This document shows positions 12,182 through 25,600 of a stretch of DNA of 34,953 bases, in pieces; within the stretch, counting starts at the first letter, position 1, and each line of letters begins with the position of its first letter. The stretch is from NCBI GenBank assembly GCA_964016885.1, contig CAXHJY010001652.1, positions 1 to 34,953 of the forward strand. Direction: 5' to 3'. Both the position numbers and the translations under genes were made by a program. The notes under the pieces were generated by a model that was not told where the DNA came from, ran no database searches, and was given only the letters and a program-made list of their open reading frames with translations. This DNA is from Eledone cirrhosa. Its lineage: Eukaryota.

Positions 12182-12182
<1 letters not shown>
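11989..12182. mobile_element. Family A inverted-repeat copy
   Basis: Arms 11993-12035 and 12057-12099, with ACGGCTAATTCTG duplicated at the junction. Confidence 0.7.
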
Positions 12183-12239
<57 letters not shown>

Positions 12240-12451
12240 CAATGGAACGACAGCAGCCTGTCTGAGGACGGAAACTCATGAAGTGGGGGTGGCTGTTACA
12301 ACAGGTGTCGCAACCCATTATCCACGGGGCGCAGCCGAAACACCGCTCAGATCTAGGCGTAGAGTATGTTACCCCCTCTTACCCCCCCCCCTAATAGTCC
12401 TTGCTCTTTCCCTCATTTTCCTCTCATTGCATTTATAGTCCATTACTTTCT

Positions 12452-12592
12452 TAGGCAGAGTCGTTAGAACGTCGGATAGAATGATTTATGGTATTCCTTC
12501 CGACTCTCTGAGTTCAAATCCCACCAAGGTCAACTTTATCTTTCATCCTTTCGAGGTCGATAAAAAAGTACCAGTCTAATACTGGGGTCGAT
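12452..12592 (+). mobile_element. Nin-domain SINE, diverged
   Basis: B box GAGTTCAAATCCC followed by CTTTCATCCTTTCGAGGTCGATAAAAAAGTACCAG. Confidence 0.8.
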
Positions 12593-13032
12593 TCTTCCTC
12601 TATATCTCTTTCTCATTTCCTATCTCTCTCACACTTTCTATCTTTCTCTGAAAGAAATCTGCTGTACTCAGGCCCGGAGGGAGAGAGATGGGCTCCGCTA
12701 GGCTTAAAATGCCCAAGAAACGCCGTATGTCAATACGGCGCTCCTACGATTCTACCAGGAGTTATGGGACCATACATACAGCCAGATCTGCCCTTCTTTA
12801 CACCTTCCACCCATTTTTTTTCAATACTTACTTTTGTTTTTAGCCTCTTTTTTTTTTTTTTTAAATATATTTCCATGATTTAATAACTTTCGTTCAATAA
12901 ATACAAGTTTCTTTAGTGTTGATAGAATACCATCGAACGCAGGAAGGGCAACTACTGCGCATTTCCAGTGAACAAGCTGTGATTCAGAATCTCGTGTTTG
13001 TCATTGAATGAGCAGAAAAAAAACATGTTTAA

Positions 13033-13355
13033 TCCTTTAGTGTTCAAACGCCACAGAATTCTCTACCTCTTTCTGTTGAAACTGGCTGTAACTGGTCGCT
13101 CAATCTGATGTTAAGGTATTGTTCTCAAAATAAATACTTTCAAAATCTCATAGATTCGATATTATGTGAGATAATTATGTGAGGTAAAGCCTTTACCATG
13201 AAAATATAATAACATATATAAAATAATTGTTTCTACTTTTGGCACAAGGCCAGCAATTACCCAATGCATAACTGGTACTTTATTCTATCGACCCCGGAAG
13301 GATGAAAGGCAAAGTTAACCTCGGCGGGATATAAAATAATGTGAATGCTAAAGGG
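13033..13355. mobile_element. piggyBac-type MITE
   Basis: TTAA on both sides (13029-13032, 13356-13359). Imperfect TIRs TCCTTTAGTGTTCA and TGAATGCTAAAGGG. Confidence 0.7.
13228..13328 (-). mobile_element. Nin-domain SINE nested in the MITE
   Basis: 12-bp target duplication ATATAAAATAAT at 13216-13227 and 13329-13340. Confidence 0.85.
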
Positions 13356-13447
13356 TTAAAGTTATCACGAGTGTTCGACAAGAACCATTAATGTTTAAGG
13401 TTTACAAATGTAATGTGTAAATACCAGGAAAATATTTGCAGATCCCT

Positions 13448-13475
13448 ACACACACACACACACACACACGCATAT

Positions 13476-13526
<51 letters not shown>

Positions 13527-13887
13527 CATATATATATATATACACACACACACGCATATATCTACACACACACACATACACACACATACACATATATATA
13601 CACACACACACACACACATATTTACACACACACACGCATATATTTACACACACACACATATCTACACACACACACACATACACACACATACACATATATA
13701 TACACACACTCACACATATTTACACACACACACGCATATATTTACACACACACACGCATATATCTACACACACATACATACACATATATATACACACACA
13801 CATATATATATACACACACACACGCATATATCTACACACACACACATACACACACATACACATATATACACACACACACACACACAC
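13448..13887. repeat. Compound (CA)n/(TA)n microsatellite
   Basis: Seen directly. Confidence 0.9.
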
Positions 13888-13981
13888 CTTTATATCAGGG
13901 TTAAACCAGTTTTAAACTAGTTCGACCATTATTCAACTGAGTACTCCCTACTTGGGATAGCACAGTGTGATATATTTATAT

Positions 13982-14038
13982 TAGAAAGAGTCGAGCCCGA
14001 CGGCTAAGCTCTTGCCGCTTCAACAGCTGGTTCCAGAG

Positions 14039-14040
<2 letters not shown>
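13982..14040 (-). mobile_element. Diverged family A fragment
   Basis: GCCCGACGGCTAAGCTCTTGCCGCTTCAACAGC matches the family A stem III region. Confidence 0.5.
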
Positions 14041-14113
<73 letters not shown>

Positions 14114-14116
<3 letters not shown>

Positions 14117-14196
14117 AAAGGATAACAAGGACGATTGGTTACTCCTTCATTACATTTATTGGTAGGTGACGCGCGTTTCGCTACTGATCAGCTCAA
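14114..14196 (-). mobile_element. Penelope-like pLTR end with truncated hammerhead
   Basis: Minus strand GA-GCT..AGC-GAAACGCGCGTC-ACC then AATAAA, ending at (TA)n. The CUGA part of the core is missing. Confidence 0.55.
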
Positions 14197-14273
14197 GGTT
14201 CGATCTGTATCGGTCCTACCCGACTCAATGATCGGCAGCTCGACGGACCCTTTAAAATGCTATAAGAAAATAC

Positions 14274-14299
<26 letters not shown>

Positions 14300-14304
<5 letters not shown>

Positions 14305-14481
14305 TGAGTGAGTGAGTGAGTGAGTGAGTGAGTGAGTGAGTGAGTGAGTGAGTGAGTGAGTGAGTGAGTGAGTGAGTGAGTGAGTGAGTGAGTGAGTGAG
14401 TGAGTGAGTGAGTGAGTGAGTGAGTGAGTGAGTGAGTGAGTGAGTGAGTGAGTGAGTGAGTGAGTGAGTGAGTGAGTGAGT

Positions 14482-14523
<42 letters not shown>
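14300..14523. repeat. (GAGT)n followed by (GA)n
   Basis: Seen directly. Confidence 0.95.
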
Positions 14524-14524
<1 letters not shown>

Positions 14525-14714
14525 TGCCAAGGAGACCACTAATCATGGAAGTACTCAATACATGGGGAGATGCAGAGTGGGTGTATATAGAGAGAGATAA
14601 AGGCTTACTGAACACACAAGCTGAAAGCGATTTGGCATCGCGATCGGGATTTTACCACTCTCTCTTTCTTTTATATATATATACATGTATGTATATACTC
14701 GAAAGTATTTTCAA

Positions 14715-14811
14715 TTGACTTTGCCTTTCATCCTTACGGGGTCGCTAAAATAAAGTACCAGTAATGCACTGGGTAATTGCTGGCCTTGTGCCTAAAGTAG
14801 AAACAAGTATT
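14715..14811 (+). mobile_element. Nin-domain SINE, 3' half
   Basis: Nin motif and family tail. Confidence 0.85.
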
Positions 14812-14824
14812 TTCAATCACATAT

Positions 14825-15013
14825 ATTTTTATTTGTTTGACCCGAATTACTTGATCGTTTTATTTTGACTCTGCGGATGATTGTTTAACCATCGTCTCAG
14901 TGTGTTTGGCCTTTAACGTTTGTTATAGCTCTGGTTCTTCTGAATCATTGAGCACTTGCCACACATCTCGGAGGTTGGTTTTCGTTATTTCGTAGGCCGA
15001 AATACGATTCTCG
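14825..15013 (+). mobile_element. Family D 3' segment
   Basis: Ends in GCCGAAATACGATTCTCG, as does 31318-31511. Confidence 0.55.
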
Positions 15014-15029
15014 ATAATTTATATTTATA

Positions 15030-15375
15030 TATATATACACATATATATACACGAAAGTATATATATATATACACATATATATACACGAAAGTATATATAT
15101 ATATACACATATATATACACGAAAGTATATATATATATATACACATATATATACACGAAAGTATATATATACACATATATATACGCGAAAGTATATATAT
15201 ATATATATACACATATATATACACGAAAGTATATATATATATACACATATATATACGCGAAAGTATATATATATATATATATACACACATATATATACAC
15301 GAAAGTATATATATATATATACACATATATATACACGAAAGTATATATATATATACACATATATATACACGAAAG

Positions 15376-15402
<27 letters not shown>
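15030..15402. repeat. Minisatellite CACGAAAG(TA)nCACA(TA)n
   Basis: About 11 units of roughly 30-36 bp. Confidence 0.9.
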
Positions 15403-15404
<2 letters not shown>

Positions 15405-15406
<2 letters not shown>

Positions 15407-15620
15407 CAAAACCCAAAGAACAAAGAAGGTGTGGTAAGATACCAGGTGGACCATAACGCACCAGAGTACTCAATACTTTGGGTAGTAGAGTGGGTAATAG
15501 GAAAAGAGTCAGGACCCCAACGGCAGAGCTCCGGCCGTTTCGACACCTTCATCCGAACAGTTCCGATCTGGCTGTCAAAACGGCCGGAGCTCAGCCGTTG
15601 GGGTCCTGGCTCTTTTCCTA
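15405..15620. mobile_element. Family A inverted-repeat copy
   Basis: Arms 15498-15545 and 15573-15620. Confidence 0.7.
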
Positions 15621-15626
15621 TATATA

Positions 15627-15663
<37 letters not shown>

Positions 15664-15693
15664 CATATACATACACGTAAGTATATATATGCG

Positions 15694-15725
<32 letters not shown>

Positions 15726-15761
15726 TGTATACATATATGTGGATATACATACAGCAGCAGC

Positions 15762-15816
<55 letters not shown>

Positions 15817-15953
15817 TCACCTAATGAGAATATCTAAGTTATCAATCACATGACTTAATTGCTTAATTAGCCATTGGGAACAGAATGGCGGTTTTGGGTG
15901 TCATTCAAAATACTTGCTTAAGGTTGACAGCTCGTCTACATCGCTACCACCAC

Positions 15954-16443
<490 letters not shown>

Positions 16444-16689
16444 GCCTTGTAAATATGACAAAATATTTTTCAAATAATACAATAGTTAACACACGCAAGC
16501 ACACACAAAGAAACTCACACACACACACACAAAGACACACACAAACACACACACACAGACAGACAGATACGCCTAGTAAACACGACACAAGTTATTTTTT
16601 AAATACTAATACAAAGGTGACGGTCTAAAAAGCACATTTATAGAACTAAAAGATTTTATCGTCACACGGTATTTACGCCGTAGTTACAG

Positions 16690-16888
16690 TGGTTTCTGAT
16701 TTAGGCACAAGGCCAGCAATTTGGAGGGGAAGGGGGAAAGTCGATTAAATCGACCCCAGTGTGTCACTGGTACTTTATGTAAGGATGAAAGGCAAAGCTA
16801 ATCTTGACGGGATTTGACCAATCCACCACCTTTCACAGAACCCCACTTCCCACCGAAATTGCTGGCCTTGTGCCTAAATCAGAAACCA
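16690..16888. mobile_element. Two Nin-SINE 3' ends facing outward, flanked by a direct repeat
   Basis: Inverted arms 16690-16722 and 16856-16888. Flanks TTACGCCGTAGTTACAGTG and TTACGCCGTAATTATAATG. Confidence 0.75.
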
Positions 16889-16955
16889 TTACGCCGTAAT
16901 TATAATGAAAGAAGACATTACTTGCACACAATGCAAGCCACTTAGTATTCATAAT

Positions 16956-17070
16956 TAAGAGGGTCGGCTGAAAATTTCATAGGCTGACCAAGATACCCTC
17001 ATGGAATGACCAAATGAGATTTATTTTTTTCAACATAGACCCTAGAAAGAAACAATACCATTATTAATAC
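16956..17070 (+). mobile_element. Mariner-type MITE, left part
   Basis: TA-AGAGGGTCGGCTGAAAATTTCA terminus; homologous to 19789-19880. Confidence 0.6.
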
Positions 17071-17081
17071 GTGTATAAAGA

Positions 17082-17268
17082 GTGAATTGGCAGTATCGGT
17101 AGAGGGTCGGACACCATGATTTGACGCATAGAGTTACGCTCCTTGCCATTCTGAGTTCAAATCCCGCCGAGGTTAATTTTGCCTTTCATCCTTACGGGGT
17201 CGATAAAATAAAGTACCAGTAATACACTGGAATAATTGCTGGCCTTGTGCCAAAAGTAGAAACCATTG
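17082..17268 (+). mobile_element. Nin-domain tRNA SINE, full length
   Basis: A box TGGCAGTATCGG, B box GAGTTCAAATCCC, Nin motif and tail. Confidence 0.9.
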
Positions 17269-17489
17269 TATATTCATTAGACTTTACACGGTCCAATATT
17301 TCACATCTGGCCCATGTCTGCTACCAGCTTTACACGGGTCTGTATTTATCAACTAAGAAAACGGAGAATGTACAAAATTCCTGGTCAATAATTCCGACGT
17401 GAAGGTCATGCTTGGAATGTCCCCAAACGCAGTTCTGCCAAGGTTGACCTGGAAAGTTAAACAACACCAACAACAACAATACTCGCTAT

Positions 17490-17675
17490 TAATAATTATT
17501 TCTACTTTTTGGCACAAGGCCAGCAATTACCCCAGTACATTACTGGTACTTTATTTTATCGACCCCGTAAGGATGAAAGGCAAAGTTAACCTCGGCGGGA
17601 TTTGAACTCAGACCGTAAAGGGACGTAACTATGCTGGAAAGCATAGCGTCCGACTCTCTACCGATACTGCAATCT
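17490..17675 (-). mobile_element. Nin-domain tRNA SINE, full length
   Basis: Reverse complement of the family consensus. Confidence 0.9.
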
Positions 17676-17745
17676 ATGTGTTTATGAAAGCGTTAGCATG
17701 CATGTATATTTGGCGCCACAATATAAGCTACTTCACTGACCGATA

Positions 17746-17795
<50 letters not shown>

Positions 17796-17798
<3 letters not shown>

Positions 17799-18122
17799 GT
17801 AAACGGAATAGAAAATGCTGACAAATTGTTCACAGTTGAAAAATGGTTTAATTAGGAATAAAAGAGTATTAGTGATTGTATGGGTTAGTATTCAGTTGTG
17901 GTTTTAAGTTTTTAAGTTTTTACAGATCAGAGCAAACAACACGGACACTCTATCTCAAAATTATTTTTGAAAAGCATTTAGAAATGCGCAACCGGTAAAA
18001 ACTTAAAAACTTAAAACCACAACTGAATACTAACCCATACAATTACTAATACTCTTTTATTCCTAATTAAACCATTTTTCAACTGTGAACAATTTGTCAG
18101 CATTTTCTATTCCGTTTACCAA
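17796..18122. mobile_element. 128-bp inverted repeat with a U3-A8 hammerhead remnant at the junction
   Basis: Arms 17796-17923 and 17995-18122. The spacer contains TTGAAAA-GCATT..AATGC-GCAA-CCGG-TA (17967-17997). Confidence 0.75.
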
Positions 18123-18213
18123 TATATAATAACTTGTGTGTTACACCTCTATTCTTTTAACTATATATATATATATAGTTGAAAATTGCAAACTTGACTG
18201 TCACCACATATTA

Positions 18214-18252
18214 TGAACCTGAAGATTGCGAAAGCATGAAAGTACTTGTTCA
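18214..18252 (+). ncRNA. Minimal type I hammerhead ribozyme (family D)
   Basis: Stem I TGAAC/GTTCA; CTGAAGA at 18219-18225; stem II TGC-GAAA-GCA; GAAA at 18238-18241; palindromic stem III AGTACT; CUU with predicted cut after 18247. Confidence 0.8.
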
Positions 18253-18402
18253 ATTAACACTTAGAATTTAATATTCTATCATACTATTTCATTATAATAC
18301 CATTATAAATTTTAAAGGATTGTAAATAAAACGAGTAAATCAGACAAAGTTGGAATTCCTCTTATTAATATAATCTTCTATACACAATCATACACACCCG
18401 TG

Positions 18403-18505
<103 letters not shown>

Positions 18506-18609
18506 CACAAACAGTCTCTGTTAAAATCATTAACATCATTGCTATTGATATGAAAACAGTTACCATGGCAACCATTTTTAATTGCTTTGTAAATGTTGTT
18601 CGCATCCAT

Positions 18610-19080
18610 CACCCCCAGCCCCACCCCACGACAACTACAATAACCACCACCAACAACAACAACAATAACAACAATAACACCATCACTGACAACATACTAC
18701 AACTTCCACCGAAAACACCAACAGCAACACACCCTACTGTCACCAACACCAACAAAAACACCAGTGCACACCCCACTGTCAACACTACCACTACCAACAC
18801 CAACACCACCAACACCAACACCAACACTAACAACACCACCAACACCAACACCAACACCATCAACACCAACACTAACAACACCATCAACACCAACACCACC
18901 AACAACATCACCAACACCAACACCATCAACACCAACACTAACAACAACACCAACAACATCACCAACACCATCACCACCACCACCACCACCACTAACAACA
19001 CCAACAACACCATCAACATCATCAACACCAACACTAACAACACCATCAACAACAACATCAACAACACCACCACCAACACT
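18610..19080. repeat. (CAA/CAC)n low-complexity tract
   Basis: Seen directly. Confidence 0.9.
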
Positions 19081-19147
19081 TTTCATGATAGGACTAGGGA
19101 CCCTTATTATTAAAAACTCGAGAAATCTCTTATGAAATACAGCCTCG

Positions 19148-19970
19148 TAGAGGGTCAGCTAAACCACAGGTTCTCAACCCATTTAGGCCAAACGCCCCCT
19201 TCTGTCCCTCGAAATCACGAAACGCCCCACCCCCCCTATTTTTCCATTTTTCAATATACTACTGATTTTTATATCAGTAGATTACTAAAAAATTGATTAA
19301 CAATATACCAAAGATGTGTGTATTATCTGATTATGTGTTGTATGTGGTCCTAGATGTGTGTATTATCTGATTATGTGTTGTATGTGGTCCTAGATGTGTG
19401 TATTATCTGATTATGTGTTGTATGTGGTCCTAGATGTGTGTATTATCTGATTATGTGTTGTATGTGGTCCTAGATGTGTGTATTATCTGATTATGTGTTG
19501 TATGTGGTCCTAGATGTGTGTATTATCTGATTATGTGTTGTATGTGGTCCTAGATGTGTGTATTATCTGATTATGTGTTGTATGTGGTCCTAGATGTGTG
19601 TATTATCTAATTATGTGTTGTATGTGGTCCTAGATGTGTGTATTATCTGATTATGTGTTGTATGTGGTCCTAGATGTGTGTATTATCTGATTATGTGTTG
19701 TATGTGGTCCTAGATGTGTGTATTATCTGATTATGTGTTGTATGTGGTCCTAGATGTGTGTATTATCTGATTATGTGTGCATCATTTCTTCATAGGCTGA
19801 CCAAGATACTCTCATGGAATGACCAAATGAGGTTTATTTTTCAACATAGTCACTGGAAAGAAACAACGCAGTTATTAATAAGAAGAGTTGAAATTAATGC
19901 ATGCAAGGTTTCACAGCTCTAGCATAAGTGCTTCAAGGTCAGCGTTTGAACTTTTCAACCGGAACTCGTA
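19148..19970 (+). mobile_element. Mariner-type MITE interrupted by an insertion of about 625 bp
   Basis: Left end TAGAGGGTCAGCTAAA (19148-19163). Resumes at TTCATAGGCTGACC (19789). Right TIR TGAACTTTTCAACCGGAACTCG-TA. Confidence 0.6.
19312..19778. repeat. 40-bp tandem array AGATGTGTGTATTATCTGATTATGTGTTGTATGTGGTCCT
   Basis: About 11.7 near-perfect copies. Confidence 0.95.
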
Positions 19971-20506
19971 AAAGTGAACTCCAACAACAACTAAAACAGC
20001 AACAACAAGAACAACAACTCCTTCGGAATGTGAACTCCACCCCATATTAATCCTTGAATCCCAGGAGTAAGTTTAACGACTTAAACCTCAAGATGAGACC
20101 AGATTGTAGGAATTCCCAATCGGTTTCGTCAGAGACCATTCTGACTGGTTTTAGAGGGTGTATCATGAAATCTACACGAGGACGTAGTTTATTGACCCCC
20201 CCCCCCCCACACACACACACCAAAAAAAAAAACAAAAAAAAACAACCACCACAATAACTAAAAACCCAGACAAAAACAAAAACAAAGAAAAAAAAACCAG
20301 GAAATATAATATTCAGAGGAGGTTGGTACTTCCTGTAAAATATGAATGTCATGTCAAACTTTGCATGTGTCACATGACATAACTATCGAAAAATCTACAC
20401 CACCCTGGGCCGCCACTTTATGTTGTTTTTTTTTAATTTCCTGCTGAGCTTTTTAATCACATTCCACGCACTAAATATGTTAACACCAACATATTTCTAC
20501 TGACGT

Positions 20507-21395
<889 letters not shown>

Positions 21396-21398
21396 TAT

Positions 21399-22004
21399 GT
21401 CAGGTCACCAGTTGGTGTTACTGGTAACATGTATCTCAGTACAACCTGTCCCGTGGTCGGGTCGTTGGCGACTAAACTGGCAACCCCACCAAGGTTTCTT
21501 GGTGAGGAGGGTGACTTTGGACATCCTGCAGGACTAAAAACAATACCTGTCAAAGGGCAAAGGAGCTCTTAAGAGTCAATGGCCATCCAAAATCATCGGG
21601 AGAGATGACCCCTTAGCCTTTGTCAAGGCAGAATTCTAGGAGAAGGAAAACTCTGATATAACACCTGCAACCCTGATGGTATCCAATGATGTTGACTTGT
21701 TCTTCTTTTTGGTAAATATCATCTTGGTTAAGAGAGTGGGACTGGCTTTGTGCACTGCCTTTGCTCACTATAAAAGCTTCACGGCACAGACATTGCTTTA
21801 TATCTGGAGATCTCTCTGCACTTGTCGTCACATGGTACCATGGGCCCAGCACTATGTGTCAATATTTGTCACAAGTGTAGTGTTTGTACCAGAGTTTTCA
21901 AGTCGCTGGCTGGACTAAAAAGTCACACTCGCTCAGCGCATCGGTAGGGGTTCTCCTACATGGATATAAAGTAGTGGCCGTACTCGACAACGAGTTGGCA
22001 GCCA

Positions 22005-22008
<4 letters not shown>
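21399..22008 (+). mobile_element. Bipartite non-autonomous RTE derivative: RTE-like 5' UTR joined to a 3' end with a C2H2 finger
   Basis: CTAGGAGAAGGAAAACTCTGA is an RTE 5' UTR-like motif (recalled, not searched). 21870-21947 encodes HKCSVCTRVFKSLAGLKSHTRSAHR*. 3' stem-loop CTCG-ACAA-CGAG. (TA)n on both sides. Confidence 0.7.
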
Positions 22009-22040
<32 letters not shown>

Positions 22041-22682
22041 GTACGCATATATCCATCGCCTTCACCCCACCAACCACCACCTACCACCACCACCACTTCC
22101 TCCAACCCCCACTACCACCACCACCACCACCAAAAACAACACCCCCACCCCACCTCCCCCAATCACGTCTGCAGCAGTAGTTACACTTCAAGTAGTTCAT
22201 TACAACACTTCAACACCAGGAACTAACGAGGTAGCCTCTACATAGCCTCTCTCATTCTGCTAGAAACAACAGCTAAACATTCCTTAAATCCCAACCTACA
22301 GTTTCTTTCACCCAAAATCAAACAAAAACAAAACCACATTGCATTGCGTAATATCTGTTTTATAAAATACATAGACGGAGTGGTCATGTTTAGAACGCTT
22401 TTCGTTATATGTCTACTGAATTACGACTAGCCATGGGCTAAACGACAACAATAACAATACCACCACCACGACCAAGACTAACACCATCACCACCACCATC
22501 ACCAACGAGAACAACATCACCAACAACAACAACATCACCAACATCACCACCACCAACAACAACAACACCAACACCAACACCAACACCAACAACAACAACA
22601 CCAACAACAACAACACTACCGACAACAGCACCACCACTAACAACAACAACAGTACCAACACCATCAATAAGAACATCACCAA

Positions 22683-25600
22683 CACCAACACCACCAACAC
22701 TACACCAACACCACCAACACTACACCAACACCACCAACACTACACCAACACCACCATCACTACACCAACGCCACCAACACTACACCAACACCACCATCAC
22801 TACACCAACACCACCAACACTACACCAACACCACCATCACTACACCAACGCCACCATCACTACACCAACACCACCATCACTACACCAACGCCACCATCAC
22901 TACACCAACACCACCATCACTACACCAACACCACCATCACTACACCAACACCACCATCACTACACCAACACCACCATCACTACACCAACACCACCATCAC
23001 TACACCAACGCCACCATCACTACACCAACACCACCATCACTACACCAACGCCACCATCACTACACCAACGCCACCATCACTACACCAACGCCACCATCAC
23101 TACACCAACACCACCATCACTACACCAACGCCACCATCACTACACCAACACCACCAACACTACACCAACACCACCATCACTACACCAACACCACCATCAC
23201 TACACCAACACCACCATCACTACACCAACACCACCATCACTACACCAACGCCACCATCACTACACCAACACCACCATCACTACACCAACGCCACCATCAC
23301 TACACCAACACCACCATCACTACACCAACGCCACCATCACTACACCAACACCACCATCACTACACCAACGCCACCATCACTACACCAACACCACCATCAC
23401 TACACCAACACCACCATCACTACACCAACACCACCATCACTACACCAACGCCACCATCACTACACCAACACCACCATCACTACACCAACGCCACCATCAC
23501 TACACCAACACCACCATCACTACACCAACACCACCATCACTACACCAACACCACCATCACTACACCAACACCACCATCACTACACCAACACCACCATCAC
23601 TACACCAACACCACCATCACTACACCAACGCCACCATCACTACACCAACACCACCAACGCCACCATCACTACACCAACACCACCAACGCCACCATCACTA
23701 CACCAACACCACCAACGCCACCATCACTACACCAACACCACCAACGCCACCATCACTACACCAACACCACCAACGCCACCATCACTACACCAACGCCACC
23801 ATCACTACACCAACACCACCATCACTACACCAACACCACCATCACTACACCAACACCACCATCACTACACCAACGCCACCATCACTACACCAACACCACC
23901 ATCACTACACCAACACCACCATCACTACACCAACACCACCATCACTACACCAACACCACCATCACTACACCAACACCACCATCACTACACCAACACCACC
24001 ATCACTACACCAACACCACCATCACTACACCAACACCACCATCACTACACCAACGCCACCATCACTACACCAACACCACCATCACTACACCAACACCACC
24101 ATCACTACACCAACGCCACCATCACTACACCAACACCACCATCACTACACCAACACCACCATCACTACACCAACGCCACCATCACTACACCAACACCACC
24201 ATCACTACACCAACACCACCATCACTACACCAACACCACCATCACTACACCAACACCACCATCACTACACCAACACCACCATCACTACACCAACGCCACC
24301 ATCACTACACCAACACCACCATCACTACACCAACACCACCATCACTACACCAACACCACCATCACTACACCAACACCACCATCACTACACCAACACCACC
24401 ATCACTACACCAACGCCACCATCACTACACCAACACCACCATCACTACACCAACACCACCATCACTACACCAACGCCACCATCACTACACCAACACCACC
24501 ATCACTACACCAACGCCACCATCACTACACCAACACCACCATCACTACACCAACACCACCATCACTACACCAACACCACCATCACTACACCAACACCACC
24601 ATCACTACACCAACACCACCATCACTACACCAACGCCACCATCACTACACCAACGCCACCATCACTACACCAACACCACCATCACTACACCAACGCCACC
24701 ATCACTACACCAACACCACCATCACTACACCAACACCACCATCACTACACCAACACCACCATCACTACACCAACACCACCATCACTACACCAACACCACC
24801 ATCACTACACCAACACCACCATCACTACACCAACACCACCATCACTACACCAACGCCACCATCACTACACCAACACCACCAACGCCACCATCACTACACC
24901 AACACCACCAACGCCACCATCACTACACCAACACCACCAACGCCACCATCACTACACCAACGCCACCATCACTACACCAACACCACCATCACTACACCAA
25001 CACCACCATCACTACACCAACACCACCATCACTACACCAACACCACCATCACTACACCAACACCACCATCACTACACCAACACCACCATCACTACACCAA
25101 CACCACCATCACTACACCAACGCCACCATCACTACACCAACACCACCATCACTACACCAACGCCACCATCACTACACCAACACCACCATCACTACACCAA
25201 CGCCACCATCACTACACCAACGCCACCATCACTACACCAACACCACCATCACTACACCAACACCACCATCACTACACCAACACCACCATCACTACACCAA
25301 CGCCACCATCACTACACCAACACCACCATCACTACACCAACGCCACCATCACTACACCAACACCACCATCACTACACCAACACCACCATCACTACACCAA
25401 CACCACCATCACTACACCAACACCACCATCACTACACCAACACCACCATCACTACACCAACGCCACCATCACTACACCAACACCACCATCACTACACCAA
25501 CGCCACCATCACTACACCAACACCACCATCACTACACCAACGCCACCATCACTACACCAACACCACCAACGCCACCATCACTACACCAACACCACCAACG

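Noticed and set aside
20115-20146. Minus-strand stem-GAAACCGATT
   Set aside because: The 5' core is absent and stem III is mismatched; probably a remnant, so not annotated.
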